A stretch of DNA of 61,741 nt, the filler included, from Hausera hauseri (Eukaryota), in NCBI GenBank assembly GCA_046269625.1. It is 11 parts of 11 records of this genome, joined end to end, with 100 filler letters (N's around TTAATTAATTAA, not from the genome) between each part and the next. Parts side by side here need not be neighbours in the genome. Positions count along the whole stretch, not along the records: positions 36,901 to 41,674 come from JBJURY010440580.1; positions 41,775 to 46,430 come from JBJURY010487575.1; positions 46,531 to 52,073 come from JBJURY010206745.1; 8 more parts are not named here. One strand, written 5' to 3'. The notes beneath the pieces were generated by a model, which was not told the origin of the DNA, ran no database searches, and was given only the letters and a program-made list of their open reading frames with translations. This document shows positions 37,976 through 49,062 of this stretch, piece after piece. Position numbers and translations under genes: made by a program. The stretch's first letter is position 1. Each line of letters starts with the position of its first letter.

Positions 37976-38497
37976 TTGCACGCTTCATTGAGCACAAGGA
38001 TGGAACCACGAGACCAGAGTGTAGAACCAGGATTGCGAAGCTGTGTGACGTTAGGCGAAGATGACTTTATTACAACTGAGGTGCTGCGTAGGATACTAAA
38101 GGGTTCTCGCAACACAGCCCCAGAGCCTGATGGCATCCGATACGCAGACATAAGCAATCTATCGGATGAAGATAGGAATGAACTGGCCACAGAATTCAAC
38201 AACAGCATTGCAGACTGTGTGATGAAGGAATCCTGGCTACACAGTTACCTGTTACTGCTTCCCAAACCCCACAAAGACCACTCCCATATCAGCGGCTTTC
38301 GTATCATCATAATGCAGAATACCATCGGCAAATTGCTTGAAAAGATTGTCGCACGCAGACTGGCCTGGTATCTTGAATCCAACCACTTGCTCCCACCCAC
38401 AGGCGGCTGTCGATACAATAGAGAGACATGGTGTAAAGTTGCAGTCCTTACCTACGACGTATACGAAGGATTTCATGAAGGAGTAGACGTCTGTTAA
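37976..38497 (+). mobile_element. LINE reverse transcriptase N-terminal fragment
   Basis: APEPDGI, LPKPHKD..FRIIIMQNTIGKLLEKIV..RL..LE..LLP. Confidence 0.85.
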
Positions 38498-39237
38498 AGA
38501 GAATTCTCTGGACTATGTGAAGAATAATGCAACTTTCCCTTTATTTGTCGTGTCTTGTCTTTGATCCACAGTCATCGAGCTTCAGCTTTTGTTGACTTTG
38601 ATGCCAATATGTGATATTGTGCACTTTTAATAAGCTGCTGTGGGCTACCATATAGGGTACTGTCGATGTTAGGGTTGTCAGGTTGTCGAGTCCGTCATAG
38701 CTCCTGGAGTGCGGAGAAAGACAGCAGGTGGTGCTTCACCGTCTCATTTTGGTGTGTACAATGTCTGCATCCTGCTGTATCTGTGTATATATATATATGA
38801 CATACAGTTTAACACGAGGTAAACCTCTACGAATTCTAACTATGGCCCAACTGTTTCTGTGACGTCAAAAATCCCGGGCATGTCTATATTATTGAGCAGT
38901 CCATGCTCTGCTCCACGATCCGACTCAGTACCATTGCCACTGTAGCCATCAAACTGCATTCCTGCTGTTATCATCGGGGACAATTCTGTGCAACCTAGGC
39001 CGTCGTGTTTATCCATATATCACAATTCCTGATGTCCCCAATAATCCACTACTGCTGACTGTCTTCCGCCTTACTCACGCATACTTTCCAGCAACTTCAT
39101 TCTCTGACGTCCACTACTTTTATTTCCTGATATTTCTCCTGTGGTGACCAAGTTCTCTAGACCTTTTGTTCTTTAAACATGACCAACATTAGCTGCTTGT
39201 CTCTTTCTGATCTTGCTGATAACCACCCTCTTATTTT

Positions 39238-39248
<11 letters not shown>

Positions 39249-39321
<73 letters not shown>
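39249..39321. repeat. (GA)n microsatellite
   Basis: Perfect dinucleotide run. Confidence 0.97.
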
Positions 39322-39326
<5 letters not shown>

Positions 39327-40248
39327 CTAAGAAAATGCAAGGCTCCTGGACAATGTAATGATATTTAAATTACACTGTATATAAGGATACGACTAAACAA
39401 CCAATCAAATATAATCAATCACCAGGACCATGCCCAAAATACTGGACTTTAAATGGCCAAACAAATGGATTACAAGTGCATCACAGGCCAAGTTAAAGTG
39501 GCCATTTTTTTCACAGCGACTGTTGAAGAAAGCGATAATATTTTTACAAGTGTTTGGACTTTCTGCCATCCTTTCTATCTCCACGTGTAATCTGTATTTT
39601 GAGACACGGTAACACAACTCCACGTCATCGGGTTATATTTAAACCAGACATTAAATGTTCCGTTTCTATAAAAATCATTCAAATTTTGACATAAATAAAA
39701 TCTATTTCTTTGGTAGTTATTTGAATAGAAACCAGAATAGTCCAGGTCATGTCAGGTTGTACTGAAGGTTGAAGTTAGATGGTTCCAGTTCTGAAAGTTC
39801 ACGTGTGAACAATATTTTTATTTATCAGAACTTAATATCTTTTATTCCAGTCTATTATTCTTTCATCAGACTGTCATGCTATTTTGTTTCGTTACCTTTG
39901 TTAGTTAGGATTTGCTGTTTTTTTTTTTTTAAATTTGTTATTCATTTCTTAGCTGGCGAATTAAACTACGAACGTGTTCGAAGAGGTATGGCCATTGATA
40001 TATCTCTTTTTTTGATTCAGTTTTACTCCTTTGTTTCTTTATTTTCTTCTTTATAATTGTTACAGCAGGTCAGGGCGTTAGCGGATTGATGCAGACATAA
40101 ATAGAAACCACTCAGAAGCCGTCTGCTCAGCCTGTACGAATGTATAAATTGATTGCTGTCTTTAGGCGTTTCGAGGACTCCTTTGGTTTGGTAGGTATTT
40201 TATCATGTCGTTATATTGCACTTAATTATATATTGGTTTAGGTATTTC

Positions 40249-40430
40249 GTCATCATCATGTGCCACGCTGGGAAGCATTGGCCGTAATGGATCTCAATCT
40301 TTCGCGATTCTTGGTGTCTCCAATCATCTGTGCTGTTGACTTACTTCCGAGCCTCTCACGCAAACCATCCAGGCACTTGATCCTCTGTGGTCCACTACTT
40401 CCACTTCCTGGTATTTTGCCTAAGTTCCCA
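40249..40430 (-). mobile_element. RTE-clade LINE 3' end with (TGA)n tail
   Basis: GKIPG..GPQRIKCLDGL..NRERLRSITAN..GT* followed by tgatgatga; a related remnant lies at about 39110-39240. Confidence 0.75.
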
Positions 40431-40504
40431 TATTTTTTTTTTGATACAACTATGCATATGCCCACATGCATTCACATGGAGATAAGTGCCCGTCTTTCTA
40501 TCTA

Positions 40505-40730
40505 GGAGCCACGACAGCGAAGTCGTTAAAGCACTCGATTATGTTCGACTCCCAGTGGCGAGTTGAGTATTTTCAACTCCGCTTCACAATTGGGTACCGG
40601 AAACATTACTGAGACAGTAAAGATTTCCTGACGTTTTAAGGACTGGCACTTTCTAAGTATGTTACTCAAAGCTACCCGGCATCACATTGTCATCTCTTGA
40701 ACTCAGTGCTTCCTTTAGGAACGGATATGG
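40505..40730 (+). mobile_element. tRNA-derived SINE remnant
   Basis: Degenerate A-box, B-box GTTCGACTC and an aattgggtacc core. Confidence 0.55.
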
Positions 40731-41049
40731 CTTTTGCCGGCACTTTCTGCACTCGAGCAGGGAGAGTTGTCTGTGGATCGCTCCTACTAATTGTCCATAT
40801 TCTGCTGGATGACTGCGTCAGACCAAAGGTTGAACTGGTTCACCAAAGCTTACACGACGCCTAAACGCCATATATTGGCGATGGCAATGCTCAGTCCCAT
40901 GTACCGGATCACAAATACAGGATCCCATGTACATACCAGTGTATAACGCAAGGGCAAGACCCCTAATGGGAAGTACCGTGACCTGCGTAGTCCTCGGGAA
41001 CAGGAAATCATGAAGTGGACCTGTCTGTGTTTCATCGAGCGCCACCTCG

Positions 41050-41500
41050 TGTTGATTTTGATGTCATTATTTGTGGTACGGTGCAGTTTTAATTAGCTGT
41101 TGTGGACTGCCATATAGGACACTGTCTATGTTTGAGTTGTCAGATGGTAGAGTCCATTGTAGCTCCTGGAGTGTGGAACAAGACAGCAGGTAGTGCGCAC
41201 AGCTGGTATGTACAATGTCTGCATCTTGATGTAGTCTGTGGGTCTAGACTGTTTCTGAGAGCATTTAATGCAGAATTGCCAGTTCTCAACCTGAAGATCT
41301 GTGTTTGGTACTTTTGTTCAATTTTGTTTATAGCGTCTTCATTGTTAGCGGCTGTAATGTGTCTGAAAAGCTTCCTTCCAGCTTTAGTCTGCGCCCACTT
41401 ATTCATCCAATCCTCTCTACAATTACGTTTATCTGTTTTGCTGTTGCCAAACTTAATGGATGTTCTGTCTGTGGCCTTTGTGCTCCCCTCTTTGCCAGTT
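41050..41500 (-). mobile_element. RNase H-clade LINE C-terminal remnant
   Basis: QTQIFRLRTGN..CRHC; a similar piece lies at 38690-38785. Confidence 0.75.
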
Positions 41501-41774
41501 TATTAGCTTTCTCATGTGAAGTTTGTGTGGCCTAGTGGACAGTGGCGTGTTCACCCTTACCGTTACGGCCCTGTGATCGAGAGATTACGGGTTCGGTGGC
41601 GGGAAAAACCTATAACGCTGTCCCCGGTCTATGTGTAGGTAGACCGACGCCTAGTCCTATCGGAGATGGACGATNNNNNNNNNNNNNNNNNNNNNNNNNN
41701 NNNNNNNNNNNNNNNNNNTTAATTAATTAANNNNNNNNNNNNNNNNNNNNNNNNNNNNNNNNNNNNNNNNNNNN

Positions 41775-42044
41775 ATGAAACAGGTAAAATATGGCCTGTT
41801 GGCAAAGAAAATAGGTGACAGTGACTTGGATGCATTGGAGGAAACGATGAATAAAGTGGACAATGATTTTATAATTTCCAATGATATTCGGGACACATCC
41901 TCGCTTTTCCTTAAAGGCAATATGGCGAAAATTATGGATGCAAGTGGACAAACAGCAGTTTTGACAATGAAAGGGGTAAAAGGATACTTAACAATGAAGC
42001 TGAAAAGATATAAGGAACTATGTGGTATTAAATCGCCAATGTGA
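41775..42044 (+). CDS. Hypothetical protein (possibly partial) convergent with the PolB gene
   Basis: 89-aa protein-like ORF from contig start, AATAAA about 20 nt after stop; no recognisable domain. Confidence 0.45.
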   Translation: MKQVKYGLLAKKIGDSDLDALEETMNKVDNDFIISNDIRDTSSLFLKGNMAKIMDASGQTAVLTMKGVKGYLTMKLKRYKELCGIKSPM

Positions 42045-42358
42045 AAATTGGGGAAGTTTACCCTAATAAATTGACTTTAGTTTTGGTGTTTTTAGTTTAT
42101 GATTCGTAATAAAATTTATTTGAGTTTTTGGTGTTGTGTTGTGAAAATTTTTTGAGTTTTTGAGTTTTTTTTTCGATAACCCAATTTAAGCCCCATTTCC
42201 TTGTTATAAAACAGAAGACAAAAACTAGTGTACAAATACGTTACTGATCACATGTACAGCAGATGAATGTAGAACAAAGATCACAAATGTCAATGATCTG
42301 GCTGGTCTGAATTGCATCTCTGTACTGAACTGTTTTGTTACTAAGTAATGAACGTGTG

Positions 42359-45346
42359 TTATCTCAAACGACAATGTCCGTACGCCCAACTCTTATATCG
42401 CCCCACCCACTTTTGCTTGATATCGTTGCATGACAAAGCAACCTTTTCATTTGTGATGGTATACAGCTGGTGCTCAATCGATCCTATGGTCGTTTGAGAC
42501 ATAACGACCTTTCCTCCTTCTCCGTCTTCTTGCCCATCATAGACACGGCGATAATCATTGGGATTTATTTCCGTCTGTTTCAGCTGGATGTCTTTTGTCC
42601 ACAGTCCATTAAAAGACTTTAACACTTTTGGCGCAAAAATATCCATTGCCTGTATTGAACCTGGCCTTCACTTTCGTCCTTCAAGCAGCCGATTTTGTTT
42701 ATTATCGCGCTGCTTTACAGTGGATGGTCCGGTGGGTAGTTGGATGTGTCCAGTAGTCCATCCGACATCACTTGTCGGAGCAGCTGGTCTCGATTGATGT
42801 TCTTCAGCTCAAGGAAAAAGTTATCTGTGTCACCGGCAACGGTACTGATCTCACAGCCGCCGCCGCCGCCGCCGCCAAGCAATTGCCGGTAACGTGCCAA
42901 GTTGCGATACTGGAACTCGTACATTCGCAACTTGCTCAGGTCCAATACAACTTGTCCGATGTAGCTTGGCCGGTCAATTATGACTTCTTCTTTGTTTAGA
43001 AGCATGGTGATCAATCCATCGGCAATGTGCATTGACCGGCTGAACTCAGCCTTGCTGGTGTACGTAACCAGTCGTTTTTCGTTATTTCACAGGCGCATAT
43101 TGAGCCGCTTCTTCAGATTTTTTACTGTTTCCCCGTAAAGTGAATTTTTTTGAACTCGTAATAGTCCTTTTCGAACTTTGTACAAGCTGCAGCTCGTTTC
43201 TCCGAATTTCCATCTATGTACACCTTGAATATCGGCGCCTGGTTGAAGCGGATTGCACGATGCAGCTGTGAGACGCGTACACCGAGCTGCATGTAAAACG
43301 GCAACAGACGCCAATGGATCACGTAATTCGATTTGGGTTCATGTGTCATGAGCAGTTTCTTTAATTCTGAGCCGCCGGGTGGACATTGGCTGATTGGTGC
43401 CATGGGTAATTCGTCCAGAGCGTCATGCAGCTTATCCGGTACCATGAGATCAACTTCCATTAGGTAGTCGACTGAGCTGTTTTCTGTCATGTTTGCTGCT
43501 GCTGCTGCTGCTGCTGGCAGACAGTCGGTACATTTCCGGGTCTTGTCGCAGCTCAATGTCCCTATCCAGTGACATTAGTGCCGATGCCGAACTCATTCCC
43601 GGTATTGAGTAAAAGTTGAGCGATTCCAACGTATCTTCCTCCAACGCTTAGCCCCAAATGCCTATAACACATTGGATAATAGGTACACATCGAGCTTTAG
43701 ATACTGAAGCATGTAGTCCAACATGTTTCTACAACCGAGTTCTGTCCAATATTACTGTGCTCTTTGATATTATCTTCTGTGATACCTGTCCATTGCGGCG
43801 TTAATTCCTCTGTTGTCCGCAGTCGCTCATATGACATGGAAAAGTCATACGGGAATATACCTTTGCTGCGTGCAATATGTGTGGGGAACTGCGTTAATGT
43901 TATTAGCACATTCGGCAAGGCATTTACCAGCTTAGCCTGCGATTCATTGAGAAATTGCAATGAATCGAAGAAGCGTACCTGGAACCGGTTTATGCGTGCT
44001 GTTAGGGACAGGTACTTCTCCATCGTTGTTGGGATTATGGATAGCTCCCAGTGCGAAAATTCATTTATGGCCCATTTTAGCATATGGTGACAGTCATAAC
44101 CCCTGAAGTTATGAAATATCACCGACAAGAATGGCCGCATCCGTCTTGCCAAATTGCATGCGTTGCATGCTGCTCCCAAGTATTGATTACTGAAATAATC
44201 GTGATCCGGTACGAGCCGTAACAGTGCGTCAAACGGTAATATTTTGTGGCACAGGTAACATTCGTCTGTCGCAGCGAACATCAGCGGTTCATATTCATCT
44301 GTCCAAATCAATGGTTTAGTGGAATTATTGCGATACCATGGTTCTATTTCCATTTCCACTATAGTTTCTAAACGCGGCAGGAAATCACATACACAGTTCC
44401 AGCCGTGAAAAGCGCAATACTGCGGCTGACCGACCGCTTTTATTGGGACAACCAACATACCAACGGCAATTGGAATGTGTTTTTGATCATACTCGTTGTG
44501 CCGTGGTAGAATTGCCTTAATATCGGCATATACTACATATGCCGGACTGTCCGTTTTCGATCAGTCACTGAATTGGACCTCCTTTTTGAGTGGCATGACG
44601 TAATGGTTGTTCCCGTTGAATTCTGCTTGAACAGCGCCACATGTTTCTCCCATGTTGTTTTTGTCCTGAAACCATGCAGACATGTAGGCCACCATTTACA
44701 CTGTATACACTTTTGGACAAACTGATGGTGATCCATGTTCAACAGTCGGGCCAAATTGGTCACTGCCATGTAATGGAACTTTTCTTTTGTTCCAGCAGTA
44801 ACAAATATATTGGACGTCCACTTGCGTTTCGACTTCGATATATTATGTCCACATGGGGGTTCTTATATATATATCTTCGTTTTCCGGTATTTCTACGATT
44901 GTATTATACCGCAACACATTTACTGCCAGTGCTGGATTACACCGTTCAAAAACCGGAATGGTTTTTAATTTCATCGGCATCCAGCATTCATTGAAATCCA
45001 ATTCGGAAAAGTACTGCCGTTACTGATTTGGTCGATTTTCACTATGTCTGTACACTTGGTCATATTTTATTACCGCCAGAATACTGTAAATAAAACAGTA
45101 TTTGTCGTCAATATTTTTTATATTCACTACTGCATGTGTATGCTGCAGGGCTGTAGGTGACGGTATGAATGATCTCCCGGACAGGTAAATTATGTCACTC
45201 AACTTTGTTACGATAAAGCGGAGAGTGACTATTTTTATAATTGGCCAGTCACTATCCTTTTTCGTGTAGTTGGCGATATTCTCCTCGAGCTTTTCTCTTA
45301 CATCGGCAATAAAATTGTCGGAATACGGTTCGGCTCGATGTGACAT
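42359..45346 (-). pseudogene. Protein-primed type-B DNA polymerase, Polinton/adintovirus-like, decayed
   Basis: In order across shifted frames: AVVNIKN..CFIYSILA, DHDY..GAACNACNL, FHNFRGYD, FFDSLQF, KGIFPY, LMEVDL..LHD, KNSLYG (motif B), GDTDNFF (motif C), DTSNYPPDHPL, terminal AYGH. Confidence 0.92.
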
Positions 45347-46001
45347 GTACCACTGTTTCCTGCACCTTGCACATTTTCAAATTCTGCAAGTGCATAATAT
45401 TGCACTTTGCAGTAGTGGTGTTGATGTTGTTTAATTTTCTCCACACATTATGCGGAACCTGTCCCAATTGCGTTGTTGTTGTTGTCGCCGACATGTTCGC
45501 TTTTATGTCCACGTACGATATGTTTAGGTCGTACTTGACAGTAATTGGCTGTTCCTGCTCCTGCTGCTGATGCCCTGTATTGCTGCTTTGTAGGTATTCG
45601 TCAAGACTTGTTGATTCTTGACCTTTCCTGCTTGTTGAGGGAATACTGCTTTTGTTTTCTGCCTCCATTAATATTTTATTTTTCGACCTCTGAAACTGGT
45701 TCAAGTGGTCCTGGTGCATATTGTAAAATTGTTCATAGTTGATTTCATCATCAACTATAGAACAACCGGGACAAATATAGGCCCGTTTACTGTGCACCGT
45801 TGTGGCGCCATAGTATTGTTCCATTGCATTATGGCAATTATCAACGTTGTGCACTGTACTTGTAGAGTACCGTGGGTACATGGGACAATGCACTAGCATC
45901 ATCTTCTTCGACCGTGTTGTAAACGGTCCGAGATGATGCTTGTGCATTTTATAAAAGTCGACATGGGCATTGCGTTGAAATACTGCATGTTGTACACACA
46001 T
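45252..46001 (-). CDS. Cys/His-rich ORF upstream of PolB, probably its frameshifted N-terminal region
   Basis: Internal repeat (FYKMHKHHL / FYNMHQDHL), CPGC; overlaps the PolB frame. Confidence 0.4.
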   Translation of the reverse strand: MCVQHAVFQRNAHVDFYKMHKHHLGPFTTRSKKMMLVHCPMYPRYSTSTVHNVDNCHNAMEQYYGATTVHSKRAYICPGCSIVDDEINYEQFYNMHQDHLNQFQRSKNKILMEAENKSSIPSTSRKGQESTSLDEYLQSSNTGHQQQEQEQPITVKYDLNISYVDIKANMSATTTTTQLGQVPHNVWRKLNNINTTTAKCNIMHLQNLKMCKVQETVVHVTSSRTVFRQFYCRCKRKARGEYRQLHEKG

Positions 46002-46530
46002 GCGTGTCCCTGTCTACTTTTTAATATTTCGCCATCTGTTGATGGCACTGTTCTGTCTCTTCATGTATGCCAGAGACGCAATACATTGGATATTGATTGC
46101 ATTTCTGAATGAGAAGCAAATCAAAGTAAATGTTAAACGTCATACAAATAAATATGTATAAACCCATTTATAATTTAAACTAAAATTCACTTAATTCCAC
46201 GCACCTTATACCGCTCCTTTTATGGTGGTTGTTGTTGTTGTTGTTATGGTGGTGGTGGTGGTGGTGATCTGAGGGCTTAACTTACTCAGCTATAAACATT
46301 TGCCATTCTCAGCACTTAATTTGTATAAATTAAATGAAAGAGTATATTGAAAGTGAAATTCACAGATTGACCAATGACATTTTACCGGACATGTGTTTGA
46401 TGTACAGTACCTATGTGAGCTGACAGAAACNNNNNNNNNNNNNNNNNNNNNNNNNNNNNNNNNNNNNNNNNNNNTTAATTAATTAANNNNNNNNNNNNNN
46501 NNNNNNNNNNNNNNNNNNNNNNNNNNNNNN

Positions 46531-47950
46531 TCCTTCGTTCCTTCGTTCTTTCATTCGTTCCTTCGTTCGTTCGATACTTCTTTCCTTCCTTCCTTCGTTT
46601 CTTCGTTCTTTCTTTCCTACTTTCGTTTGTTCCTTCTTTTTTGCGTTCCTTCTTTCATTCGTTCCTACTTTCTTTCGTTCCTTCGTTCTTTCGTTCGTTC
46701 GTTCGTTCCTTTCTTCCTTCCTTCCTTCCTTCCTTTGTTCCTTCGTTCCTTCGTTCCTTCTTTCGTTCGTTCCTTCATTTTTTCTTTCCTTCGTTCGTTT
46801 CTTTCTTTTTTCCTTCCTTTCTTCCTTCGTTCTCTCTTTTGTTCCTTCGTTCTTTCGTTCGTTCTTTCGTTCCTTCGATCCTTCTTTCCTTCATTCCTTC
46901 GTTCCTTCGTTCTTTCTTTCGTTCTTTTGTTCGTTCCTTCGTTTTTGCATTTGTTCCTTCGTTCTTTCCTTCTTTCCTTCGATCGTTGGTTCCTTCTTTC
47001 CTTCCTTCCTTTGTTCGTTCGTTCGTTCGATCTTTCTTTCGATCGTTCGTTCGTTCCTTCTTTCCTTCGTTCCATCTTTACTTCGTTCGTTCCTTCCTTC
47101 ATTTGTTCGTTCGTTCCTTTGTTCATTCATTCGTTCGTTTATTCGTTCCTTCGTTCATTCTTTACTTCTTTCCGCCGTTCCTTCGTTTCTTCGTTCTTTC
47201 GTTCGTTCGTTCTTTCGTTCTTTCGTTTTTTTCTTCTTTCCTTCGTTCCTTCATTCCTTCTTTCGTTTCTTCGTTTGTTCTTACTTTCTTTCGTTCCTTC
47301 GTTCCTTTGTTCTTTCGTTCGTTCCTTCGTTCTTTCGTTCCTTCTTTCCTTCCTTCCTTCGTTCTTTCGTTTCTTCGTTCGTTCGTTCCTTCGTTAGTTC
47401 GTTCGTTCGTTCGTTCTTTCTTTCGTTCCTACTTTCTTTCGGTCCTTCGTTCCTTCGTTCTTTCGTTCATTCCTTCGTTCGTTCGTTCCTTCTTTCCTTC
47501 GTTCCTTTGTCCTTCGTTCCTTCTTTCGTTCGTTCTTTCGTTCCTTCGATCCTTCTTTCCTTCTTTCTTCATTCCTTCGTTCTTTCTTTCGTTCTTTCGT
47601 TCGTTCCTTCGTTTTTACGTTCGTTCTTTCGTTCGTTCCTTCGTTCCTTTGTTCCTTGGTTCCTTCCTTCCTTTCTTCCTTCTTTCGTTCGTTCGTTTGA
47701 TCTTTCGTTCGTTCGTTCCTTCGTTCGATCATTCGTTCTTTCGTTCGTTCCTTCATTCCTTCTTTCCTTCGTTCGTTCGTTCCTTCCTTCCTTTCTTCCT
47801 TCCTTCCTTCCTTCGTTCTCTCTTTCCTTTTTTTGATTCTGCGTTCGTTCTTTCGTTCGTTCGTTTTTTTTTCTTTCTTTCGTTCGTTTTTTCGTTCCTT
47901 CTTTCATTCGTTCTTTCGTTCGTTCTTTCGTTTTTTCGTTCCTTCGTTCA
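46531..47950. repeat. 1.4-kb compound tetranucleotide microsatellite (TTCG/TTCC/TTCT)
   Basis: Almost A-free plus strand built of TTCN units. Confidence 0.98.
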
Positions 47951-47976
47951 TTTTCTTTGCACATTTTTCATATTGG

Positions 47977-49062
47977 TCTGATCGTGATGCAGCTATAATA
48001 TGAAATGCTCAACTACTGATGGGCTACGTGCTCATTCCATTTCCACAGCCAGCATACTTGAACAATGGGAAATTTTACCGATTGAAATTTTACAATCAAA
48101 TTTTCCCCATGTTCCCATGGTCAGACCGAATTGAAATTGTGTGCATTTGACTCATCGACATTCATTTGAAATTGGCACTAAACATTGCAAAATTCGTAAC
48201 TCGTGTCTCGTTTCTCGTAGAACATTTCCTGTTTTGCTTCTTTTGCTTTTAGCGCCGCCCGGTTACATTTTTGCCTCTCACTGCGCTACAAAATGTTTTT
48301 CCACTCTAAGAGCTCTCCCAATTTCCGTCGGTGACTTGTGCGACATGTGACATGTGCTGACGGCTTAGGGGCAAGTCTCCGACCAAAAAACATGAAATGC
48401 TCAGAATTGCGAGATAGATGGGGAAAACTTGGTACGAAGTCGATCTGAGAACTTCTGGGAAAGTGGGCTGGAGCCCCCACTTCTACCTACTTTTTAACAA
48501 CATGATTTTGACTTAAACTTTTAACAATGCGTTTTTTCGGTTCGTTTGTTCGTTCGGTGGCTATTTTCATCTGTATCCTTTCGTCTGATCGTGAGGCGGC
48601 TATAACATGAAATGCTGAACTACTGATGGGCTATGAGCTTAACCTATTTCCATCGCTGTTTGACTTGTGTAATGGTAAATTTCCCCTGTTTGAAATTTTC
48701 CCATCGATTTTTACCCATGTTCCCATGGTCTGATTGAATTGTGTCCATGTTCATTGGATTCGCCAACATGAATTTACCCTTTGTACATATGTTTTCAGTG
48801 CTAGCAGCACATTTCTGGTTACGCGTGGCGCATTTTCTGTTTTGCTTCTTCCTCTTCTAGCGCCTCTCCATTACATTTCTCAAAGCCGCACCGCTAAAAC
48901 CTTTTGCTCAGCTTGTCACTCGCTATCGATATTACTCGGTACAAAATCCATTGCTCGACCTCCTTTTCGGCCATTGGGGGGGGGGTCGTAGGAAAATTTT
49001 AGTGAAATTCTCGAAATAGCCAGTCAGATGGGGAAAACTAGTCGGCTGGCCAATCAGAAAAG
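47977..49062. repeat. Diverged tandem repeat, unit about 607 bp
   Basis: tctgatcgtga..gctataa..tgaaatgct.aactactgatgggcta at 47977 and 48584; ccatgttcccatggtc and agatggggaaaact also recur. Confidence 0.85.

Noticed and set aside
40505-40560. tRNA gene
   Set aside because: Only degenerate A/B boxes, no cloverleaf; SINE head
46627-47981. Long F/S/L/R/V-rich and K/E/R-rich ORFs
   Set aside because: Artefacts of the A-poor microsatellite
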